From assembly GCF_047304245.1 (NCBI RefSeq), contig NZ_CP138956.1, forward strand, positions 871,287-895,286: a stretch of DNA of 24,000 bases. Reading direction: 5' to 3'. Shown piece after piece: positions 7,223-14,074 of the stretch (the first letter of the stretch is position 1; the number at the start of each line of letters is the position of its first letter). Source of the DNA: Synechococcus sp. MIT S9452. Lineage in GTDB: Bacteria > Cyanobacteriota > Cyanobacteriia > PCC-6307 > Cyanobiaceae. Both the position numbers and the translations under genes were made by a program. The notes beneath the pieces were generated by a model. The model ran no database searches. It had not been told where the DNA came from and saw only the letters and a list, made by a program, of their open reading frames with translations.

Positions 7223-10200
7223 CTAAATAACGATCCCTCTCCAGAAGCCACTAGTGCTCGCGACGCACTGCAGCAAACCATTGATCAGCTTGCAAACGGC
7301 GGCATTAACTCCATCAGCAACGCTGAAATTCAAACTGCCCTGCGCAACCAGTTCCCTGGTCTCGACAGCTCCACAACGGCAGACGATGCCCGTTCAGAGC
7401 TGAATGCAGCGATCGATGAACTCAACACTGGCGGTATTAATGCCATCCAAAGCGATGACTTGCGCGATGCATTGCTTGAGCAGTTCCCTCAACTGGGACT
7501 GAGTTCTCTACAAACAGAAATCACCCAAAAGATGGGAGATGCAGCTCAGAAGCTGGGTACTAGCAGAACAGTGAGACAGTGGGATCTGACACCACCGGCC
7601 GACTCGATTGAAGTCAATTACAGCCTGGAGAGCTCCACCGGCCAATCAACAACACAATCGTTTGTTCTCAACATCAACATTGATAGTGATGCTCAAAGCG
7701 TCACAGGAGTCACGGCACAAACAAACCCAGCTAACGCCAACGAACAAGCAGTTGACCTGACTGTGACTTCCGATGGCTCGTTGACGTTCAGCGGGAGCTT
7801 GGCGACTCCTCCAGAGTCTCTGTTCCTGAACTACAGGGACAAGTCAACCAATAACGATGCCAGTGGCGTTCTTGAACTCAGCGGCGGTACTGACATCAAT
7901 GCCTTTATCCGCGAATTCAAGCTCGATGGCAGCACAAACACTGCTTCTCAGGCCACTGAAAGCTTCCAGTCAGCTGTTTTTGATGCCACTGCCAACACGC
8001 TGACACTCACACTCAATACCGGCGTAAGCAGCGATCTAACGGCACCCATTGCTGATGCCAATGGACTGACCTTTGCTGATGTGACGATCGACACCTCCAG
8101 CGAACTGGACACCAGCTCGCTATCCGTTGGCCAGTTGGTTGCCTACGGAGTTGTTGGTGGTGCTGATGCCAACTGGAGCTTCACCAACGTCACCAAAAAT
8201 GAAAGCAATCAACCTGTGCTTCCGACTGGCTTCCCAGATGCGGATGACACTTCAGGCAAAAAGCTCTACGCAGCGAGTGCCACAAGCACCATCAGCCTGA
8301 GAGATCGCTTCATCGTTACCCAAACTGCAGATGAGGCCACCAGGGTTCAGGCCCTGCAGGATCAAATTAATGCGCTGAATACGACCCTCGATGGCATCAA
8401 CAGCGGTGAGCTGATCCCCAAAACAGATCTACTGGCAGCCAACCCCAACCTCATCGATAGCGATGGCAAGGTTGACCTCACCAACTTGGCTGCGGCTATG
8501 CCCAATAGTGGCAATGAGCTGCTCAAGGGCGCAGACGATCCCAACGTCAATGAAGTTGCTGTGCAGATCGGCACAAACGAAGTTGCCATCGATAAAGAGG
8601 AGCTGGGCGAACTGCTTGCAGTCAAGAAGGAGACCTACAAAGAGGCCCTAACCGCTGGTTTCACCAGTGCAGAAGCAGGTACTGCCGCACAGATCAAGAC
8701 GATTGCAGCAGCGAAGGAATTCGGCGTGAATCTCAGCGCCGATGCCAGTGATACCGAGGCCAAAGCGGCGGCTGAATCATTCGACAAGGTCGCTCAGGAA
8801 TTCCTCAAGGCCGGTGTCACGGTGGCTGATGTGCTCGAGTCCGGCGATACAGAGCTCATCGAGCAAACCAAGCAATTGGTGAGTGACCCCAATGCAGCAG
8901 CAGCTGCTGCTGCTGCACGCGAGAAGCTCGATAACTACGTCTCGCCGTTTGGTGGTGTGGCCACCGTCACAGCACTTGACATCATCAAGCTGGCTACTAA
9001 AGCCGGACGCGCCCTCGATGGCGGCACCACCATCACGGATGTGGATGTTCTTGGTACCGATGATCTCTCGGAGACCAACGCAGCCTTCATTGGTGCTTTG
9101 GATGGAACCATCCAAGGAGCAGAAGGAGAAGGACTTAAGTTCAGCGCCGATAGCAAGGCGATGGTCTTTAAGTTCGAACTCAAAGGTGCAACACAAGCCA
9201 GCAAGACCATCAGCTATCTGGCCAGCGGCGAAGACATCTACTTAAAAGATGGCGCTGGCAACTACATCAAGGATGCCGCCGGGAACAATCAACTTATTGA
9301 AGCTGCTCAATCTGAGAATGCAGGTTTCGGGCCAGATGCCGACGGAAATGCAAAGTACGACAAGTACCTCAAGTACGTGTCTCACTACGACCTACTCCAG
9401 TACGGCGCAACTGAAACCGGGGACAAAGACGAGCAGGGCAACATGCTCTTCAGCTGGGATCTCGCTGCCACAGAAGTCGACCCAGCCAATGCAGGTCAGA
9501 TCAGATCCAAGGTGCGTACCGCTGATGGTGCTGCACTCACCACGCTCACTGGCCAGGTGATTGATCGAGCCGGGTGGTACGACTTCACCCAGCAAGGCGG
9601 TAGCGGCGATGGCGCCCGCTACATCGAAAATGACGCCGGACGAATCGTTGGCGTGGAGTTGAACTTCACGGCCAACAAATTCGGCGACAAGGCACCCGAC
9701 GATGACTTCATCACTGACCCGGGTGCCACCGTTGGCACTGAAACCATTGGTTCAGCTCCGACTCCAACGGCAGCTGCAGCGACGCTGGAACAGCGGCTCG
9801 AGGTTCAAACCGAAACCCAAACCCAACTCCCGCTGCAAAACCAGATCGTGCGGGAGACGCCCAACATCGTCAGCAACGCTCAGCCGCAGGATCCACGCCT
9901 AACCGGTACTGGCATCGGCCTCGATGCCTTCTACGGCGATGACATTGGTGTTGATGACTCCGGCGATGGCATCGCTGCCATGAACATCGGCAGCGGCGTG
10001 GGCCCAGGCGAAGCACTGCAATCCACCTCCAGCGGCCAAGGCGATGGCGAAATGAGCCTCAGCCAAGCTCTCAACACCTTCCTTGGCGAAGGCGAAGGCC
10101 AAGGCACCTCCGACACCCAAGGCCAAGCCAAGGGTCAAGGCGCAGAAGGCCAAGGCGCTGGCACCGGCGGGGATGCCGCCCTTGGGGAAGATCAATCCCC

Positions 10201-10984
10201 CGACACTCAGCGCAAGCGCGGCCTGCTGCTGCAGCCGATGATGAAGGCAGCGGAACAGGCCCAAGAGGCAGCCTCCAGCTCCAAGCTGCTGAAAAACCTG
10301 TCAGAAGGAACCCTGCTGGGCACCAACCTGCTCGATGCCCTGGCACTCGGCGCTGGTGTTCTTTACGCCCTCTATGCGCCCAAGGCGGTGGAGACCAGCC
10401 GCAAGGGTCTGCGCGGCTTGGTGGATCGCTTCCGCAACCAGGTCACCGGTGGCGGCGTCAAGATCCCTGAGAAGCAAGTGCTCTCGGTGTTTGCGATGCG
10501 CATGGCCAACGGCAGCGAACGCCTGGTGGCCGCCAAGGTGGGCATGGGCACCATGGAAGTGGTGGCCCAGCAGGATCTGCCGGCCGATGCTGGTGTCAAC
10601 AAGCCCGGCAGCCAAACCCAGGTCGACTACGCCGTCAAGCAGCTGGTCAACAAGCTGGGCGAGCGCACCAGTGATGTGTTGCTGATTGGTCCGCAACTCA
10701 GCAACCAGCGCTCACTGCTGGAGAACATCGCCGGTGAAACCCGCAACCTAGAAACCAGCAGCTTGGTGGAACGCATCAAGCAATGCAGCAGTGAGGAGAT
10801 CAGCCAACTGCGCGCTTGGCTCGATAAGCCCTCCAGCACACCTCCAGAAAGCAGCCCCGTCTATCAGCAGATGATGGGCCGCATGGAGAGCTACGGCGGT
10901 GTCTTCAGCCAAGAGCAAGCCTCGATGGCGTCGCTGATTGAGCTCAGCATCGCCCTGGGCTGGAGCGGAAGTGAGGCCGGCTAA
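6980..10984 (+). CDS. Continuation of the same giant surface protein, in the same frame as 2-6853. It covers the C-terminal unique region, a G/Q/E-rich low-complexity linker, one hydrophobic helix and a ~210-aa C-terminal domain.
   Basis: 14 and 6980 are both 2 mod 3. Translation directly after the TAG, from 6854, continues the repeat (ATISDLEEGGFNSIGNFELKDALSNQFPGL...). 6980 is only the first start-like codon (TTG) picked by the ORF caller and lies inside a repeat unit. The ORF ends at TAA 10982-10984. Confidence 0.8.
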   Translation: MAVNELQQAVNQLENGGINSISSADIQSALRNQFPDIENSPAAANDAMFELQATISDLEEGGFNSIGNFELKDALSNQFPGLNNDPSPEATSARDALQQTIDQLANGGINSISNAEIQTALRNQFPGLDSSTTADDARSELNAAIDELNTGGINAIQSDDLRDALLEQFPQLGLSSLQTEITQKMGDAAQKLGTSRTVRQWDLTPPADSIEVNYSLESSTGQSTTQSFVLNINIDSDAQSVTGVTAQTNPANANEQAVDLTVTSDGSLTFSGSLATPPESLFLNYRDKSTNNDASGVLELSGGTDINAFIREFKLDGSTNTASQATESFQSAVFDATANTLTLTLNTGVSSDLTAPIADANGLTFADVTIDTSSELDTSSLSVGQLVAYGVVGGADANWSFTNVTKNESNQPVLPTGFPDADDTSGKKLYAASATSTISLRDRFIVTQTADEATRVQALQDQINALNTTLDGINSGELIPKTDLLAANPNLIDSDGKVDLTNLAAAMPNSGNELLKGADDPNVNEVAVQIGTNEVAIDKEELGELLAVKKETYKEALTAGFTSAEAGTAAQIKTIAAAKEFGVNLSADASDTEAKAAAESFDKVAQEFLKAGVTVADVLESGDTELIEQTKQLVSDPNAAAAAAAAREKLDNYVSPFGGVATVTALDIIKLATKAGRALDGGTTITDVDVLGTDDLSETNAAFIGALDGTIQGAEGEGLKFSADSKAMVFKFELKGATQASKTISYLASGEDIYLKDGAGNYIKDAAGNNQLIEAAQSENAGFGPDADGNAKYDKYLKYVSHYDLLQYGATETGDKDEQGNMLFSWDLAATEVDPANAGQIRSKVRTADGAALTTLTGQVIDRAGWYDFTQQGGSGDGARYIENDAGRIVGVELNFTANKFGDKAPDDDFITDPGATVGTETIGSAPTPTAAAATLEQRLEVQTETQTQLPLQNQIVRETPNIVSNAQPQDPRLTGTGIGLDAFYGDDIGVDDSGDGIAAMNIGSGVGPGEALQSTSSGQGDGEMSLSQALNTFLGEGEGQGTSDTQGQAKGQGAEGQGAGTGGDAALGEDQSPDTQRKRGLLLQPMMKAAEQAQEAASSSKLLKNLSEGTLLGTNLLDALALGAGVLYALYAPKAVETSRKGLRGLVDRFRNQVTGGGVKIPEKQVLSVFAMRMANGSERLVAAKVGMGTMEVVAQQDLPADAGVNKPGSQTQVDYAVKQLVNKLGERTSDVLLIGPQLSNQRSLLENIAGETRNLETSSLVERIKQCSSEEISQLRAWLDKPSSTPPESSPVYQQMMGRMESYGGVFSQEQASMASLIELSIALGWSGSEAG

Positions 10985-10997
10985 CCCCCGGCCTCAC
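10971..10997. terminator. GC-rich stem-loop spanning the giant gene's stop codon, between convergent transcription units. It is a candidate bidirectional terminator or RNA-stability hairpin.
   Basis: A perfect 10-bp inverted repeat, gtgaggccgg (10971-10980) and ccggcctcac (10988-10997), flanks the 7-nt loop ctaaccc, which contains the TAA stop. No U-tract follows on either strand, so the intrinsic-terminator call is weak. Confidence 0.35.
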
Positions 10998-11051
10998 CCC
11001 ACCAGGGGCACTGGCGATGTATTGAAACCAAGCAAGGCTCAGTAGGTCGCT

Positions 11052-11543
11052 TTAAGCGGCCTGCTCGTCAGGTTTGATCGGGCAGTGCTCAACAATCAAA
11101 TCCATGATCAGCGTGGTGCGATTGGGCTGCGCCTGAATCGCAAAAGCTTCCTTCTCGATATCCCACTTACGACTGGAGTAATTGCGATAGAGGGTGTTGA
11201 ACACAGCCCGATCGACTGCATAACCAACCGGAGGCCGATAGCCAAGCGGCTTCATCTTGCCGGTCTTGCAGGCTTGAACGGCATGCACCGCTTCATGCAC
11301 AAACGTTTGCGGCATGATCCCCATCGCTTCAGTGATCGGATGCACCCAAATGGTTTTTTTCTTGGAATTCGCCATCCCATAGATGCCCTTGCGGGGCGGG
11401 GCCTGCAGCAAGACTGTCCAACCGCGTTGCTCTAAAGCATCAGCGATCGGCTGCAAATTCGCAGGAAACGCCAAGGCCGGCTTGAATGGCGCCAGCAGCG
11501 CCAAGGCCAAAGACGAACGGATCGCAAAGCTGATTCGGCTCAT
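11052..11543 (-). CDS. Small exported protein with an HExxH motif (putative zinc-metallopeptidase-like, ~163 aa). It is the last gene of the stator-like block.
   Basis: The preferred start is the ATG at 11543, which forms an ATGA overlap with the upstream gene's TGA (plus strand 11540-11543 reads tcat). The N-terminus MSRISFAIRSSLALALLAPFKPALA-FP looks like a signal peptide. It has a single FVHEAVHAVQ (HExxH) motif, with Glu residues ~40 aa downstream (EKEAF). The longer ORF reaching 11612 would overlap the upstream gene by 73 nt. Confidence 0.6.
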   Translation of the reverse strand: MSRISFAIRSSLALALLAPFKPALAFPANLQPIADALEQRGWTVLLQAPPRKGIYGMANSKKKTIWVHPITEAMGIMPQTFVHEAVHAVQACKTGKMKPLGYRPPVGYAVDRAVFNTLYRNYSSRKWDIEKEAFAIQAQPNRTTLIMDLIVEHCPIKPDEQAA

Positions 11544-12214
11544 TGGACCATCAAGGCGCGGCCAGAATTGCCCCAAAAATAGATCGGATCTCCGGCATAC
11601 CAAGGCTCCCAACCCAAAGGAACCTCATGCTGAATCGCTTTGGCTTTGATCTTGCGATATTGATCAAATCCTGTTTTCTCCAAAACAATGAACAGGGCTT
11701 CTTTGTTTTCAGACAGCCCCTTCATGAAGGCATCCAGCCGCTCAGGGTTGTTCTTGATCTCCGCCGCGGAAATCGTGGGCTGACCCGCCGCGCGAATCAA
11801 GCCATTGGCATGGGAGATCTCCATGCTCACTTGGCCGATGTTTTCATTGCGGGCCCAGCCATCAAGCTGAGCGTTACAGAGCTTTTGCTCAGCCGGCAGC
11901 AACTGCTGACAGCGGCGCACTTCTTCTCCGCGCTCACGGTCGAGCTCTGTCATGCGAGTGACGGCAGGCTGCAGGTCCCATAAACCATTGGCCGAGACCT
12001 GCACCAGATGAAACGAGCGGGTGCTCTTTTTGCTCATCGGCGCTTGGATATTCAAGGCGCTATTAGCCGCAATCACCCCGGTGAGCGAACCCACCAACGC
12101 CATCACACCCACAACGTTGGAGAGGATGTCGAGCAGGCCATCGGTGGACCCCTCAGGCACCCAACCTTTGCGCTTGCGGCGGTTCTTCAACAGCAGATCA
12201 CTGAGGCGCGGCAT
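11540..12214 (-). CDS. ExbD/TolR-like single-pass membrane protein (224 aa) with a conserved Asp at the cytoplasmic edge of the TM helix and an enlarged periplasmic domain.
   Basis: It has a basic N-terminus (KNRRKRK) followed by GLLDILSNVVGVMALVGSLTGVIA. This aligns by eye with the ExbD segment PFIDVMLVLLIIFMV, placing Asp29 at the ExbD Asp25 position. Next come LNIQAP (resembling i.v.LP) and a C-terminal motif, ALFIVLEKTGFDQYRKIKAKAIQHEVPLGWEP, shared with the neighbouring paralogue. The start codon overlaps the upstream stop (TAATG, 12212-12216). Confidence 0.6.
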   Translation of the reverse strand: MPRLSDLLLKNRRKRKGWVPEGSTDGLLDILSNVVGVMALVGSLTGVIAANSALNIQAPMSKKSTRSFHLVQVSANGLWDLQPAVTRMTELDRERGEEVRRCQQLLPAEQKLCNAQLDGWARNENIGQVSMEISHANGLIRAAGQPTISAAEIKNNPERLDAFMKGLSENKEALFIVLEKTGFDQYRKIKAKAIQHEVPLGWEPWYAGDPIYFWGNSGRALMVQ

Positions 12215-12678
12215 TAGTTCATGCCTCCGTTGGCATCAGGAACAATGACCTTGAGATCAGGTTCCAGCGGCTCATAGCCCACCATGATCTTGCGTAATTC
12301 CGCCTTGGAGCGAATTGCTTCAAAATCGACATAGCCCTCCGGGCGCACACCTATCACCAAATATTGCTCGGAATTACGGGACGCAATGCGATCCAAAAAT
12401 GCTTCCACCGCATCATCACCCGTTCGCACGGTGCGGCGTTGCTGGGGGCCAATCAGCTCCAGTTCGCCTTCGCCATTGACCAAGATGTAATTGGCCTCAC
12501 GGCCTTGGCCCGCGCCTTCGGCTGGCAACAACTGAATCGCTTGCACGCCAGGGCGAATCTGCAGCGCCGAGATCACCATCATCAAGGCCTGCACACCAAT
12601 GGTGGCGGCCATGATGTTCATGAACGAGAACAGGCTGACGCCTGGTGCTGTTGATGAGCGGCGGTGTCGACGTGCCAT
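12214..12678 (-). CDS. ExbD/TolR-like single-pass membrane protein (154 aa). It is a paralogue of the 224-aa protein but has Asn in place of the TM Asp.
   Basis: It has a basic N-terminus (MARRHRRSS), then the TM segment VSLFSFMNIMAATIGVQALMMVISAL with Asn21 at the Asp position. VQAIQLLPAEG follows, then a periplasmic domain ending YLVIGVRPEGYVDFEAIRSKAELRKIMVGYEP. Size and layout match ExbD/TolR. It sits 18 bp downstream of the MotA/ExbB-like gene. Confidence 0.6.
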   Translation of the reverse strand: MARRHRRSSTAPGVSLFSFMNIMAATIGVQALMMVISALQIRPGVQAIQLLPAEGAGQGREANYILVNGEGELELIGPQQRRTVRTGDDAVEAFLDRIASRNSEQYLVIGVRPEGYVDFEAIRSKAELRKIMVGYEPLEPDLKVIVPDANGGMN

Positions 12679-12696
12679 GGATGCGCTGGCCCTCGC

Positions 12697-14034
12697 TTAC
12701 CAGAACCAACGACGGCGGCGCGGTCGTTCAATTTGCTGCAGCTGACCATTAAGTTGTTCGATCGCTTGGCGCAACTCAACCAAGGCCTGGAGCTGATCCA
12801 TCTGCTCCACTTCGGTAAAGGTGCGACCTGAAGCGCGCTCCAAACGAGTGAGCACAGGATCGAGATCTTTCATGGTTTGGCCAAGATCACCGGCCATCGA
12901 ATCCATGCTGCCGCGGATCACATCGGCTTGATCTTGCAAGCTCAAACGTGCTTCGGCGATTCCTTCCACCGAATCACGCACCAAATTGGTGAGGGGCGCC
13001 AATTTCTCCACTGTGGCCTCGGTGAGGCGTTCGGCATAGGCCTGAGCCGGCTCCACCAACACCGATGGATCGGGCAGATGCTTTTCAAATGCGTCATTGA
13101 TCATGATCCCCAGCTCTTCACTGGAGAGCCCGGTGAGTGATTCCAAAGCACTTTCACTGGCGGGCTTGCCGGCTTTGCCGCCACCGCCGCCAAAGCCGCT
13201 GGGCTCCATCGCACCGATTTCACCTTCACCCAATGGGCTCAGGGCCATCACCGCTTCACGGATGAAGCCGTCGATCTGATTGAGCAGACGTTCCTCGCGG
13301 CGCTCCACCGAATTAAGCGGGAAGGCCATGATCACCGAGATCACCAGGGCCAGATAGGTGGTGTCGAATGCCGTACCCAGACCACTGGTCACCTGGGTCA
13401 GGCCATTTTTGAGGCCCTCAACGTTGTCGGCATTGCCGAGCACCTCATCAAAGGAGCCCACAGCACTGGACATCCCGAGCACAGTGCCGATGAAGCCCAA
13501 CAGGGGAATCGCCCACAGCAACACCTTCGGCAGGCTGTAGCTCTGCTGGACAGCCAACTCAAACAGATCGGCATCGTTATCCGCCGAACGCTCCAGCTGG
13601 AAGGCAGAACCTGTTTCGGTCCAAACATTGAGCAAGCGCAACACGCGCTTGCCCACCAGCGATCTGGATTGCTGGCTTTGGTTGGTGATCGCATCAAGAT
13701 CCCCCGAGCGGATCAACGGCGTGAGCGCTAGATCAAATTGCTTGGTTTTACGGCTCTGCTGCTGCAGCAACTGCCATTTGCTGAAGATAAAAACGGCCAG
13801 CATGCCGCCCATCACCAAACAGACCACCTGGGTGGGGCCGCGCTGGTGCAAAAACTCGTGAAACGGAAACCCAGGCGGACTGGTCAGCAACCACAGCACC
13901 AAACCAATCACGCCACCGGGGACAGCCCAACGAATCAGCTTGGGATTGAGGTCATCCCCCTCACCAAGACTGACCGGTGGAGCCGAAGCACTCCCCATAC
14001 CCGGCAGGTTCATCGCTGATGGGCTGGCAATCAT
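12697..14034 (-). CDS. MotA/TolQ/ExbB-family ion-channel (stator-type) protein, 445 aa, with four TM helices and a ~200-aa C-terminal coiled-coil extension.
   Basis: TM helices are at about aa 45-62, 78-96, 171-195 and 222-245. The family-typical TM3/TM4 signature is present: AIPLLGFIGTVLGMSSAVGSF ... GLTQVTSGLGTAFDTTYLALVISVIMAFPLN. A long loop lies between TM2 and TM3, as in MotA. The C-terminal tail has a Gly-rich linker (GFGGGGGKAGKP) and heptad-like helices, and ends ERPRRRRWFW. Alternative starts at Met8 or Met13 are possible. Confidence 0.75.
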   Translation of the reverse strand: MIASPSAMNLPGMGSASAPPVSLGEGDDLNPKLIRWAVPGGVIGLVLWLLTSPPGFPFHEFLHQRGPTQVVCLVMGGMLAVFIFSKWQLLQQQSRKTKQFDLALTPLIRSGDLDAITNQSQQSRSLVGKRVLRLLNVWTETGSAFQLERSADNDADLFELAVQQSYSLPKVLLWAIPLLGFIGTVLGMSSAVGSFDEVLGNADNVEGLKNGLTQVTSGLGTAFDTTYLALVISVIMAFPLNSVERREERLLNQIDGFIREAVMALSPLGEGEIGAMEPSGFGGGGGKAGKPASESALESLTGLSSEELGIMINDAFEKHLPDPSVLVEPAQAYAERLTEATVEKLAPLTNLVRDSVEGIAEARLSLQDQADVIRGSMDSMAGDLGQTMKDLDPVLTRLERASGRTFTEVEQMDQLQALVELRQAIEQLNGQLQQIERPRRRRWFW

Positions 14035-14074
14035 GACGCGTAGATGTGCTGGTTAATCAAGTCGTTGCTATCGA

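Noticed and set aside
2-10984. An RTX-toxin-type call for the giant protein, based on tandem GGxGxDxUx nonapeptide repeats.
   Set aside because: I scanned the translation and found only isolated Gly/Asp-rich spots (for example QGGSGDGARY) and no tandem nonapeptide block. I therefore call it a T1SS-linked adhesin-like giant protein, not an RTX protein.
11052-14034. Interpreting the MotA-like and partner genes as a Zorya-type anti-phage defence system, given the long-tailed ZorA-like protein.
   Set aside because: There are no ZorC/ZorD-like helicase or nuclease genes. The partner proteins resemble ExbD/TolR and lack an OmpA-like peptidoglycan-binding domain, unlike MotB/ZorB. The tail is much shorter than in ZorA, and the genomic context is secretion and a surface protein.
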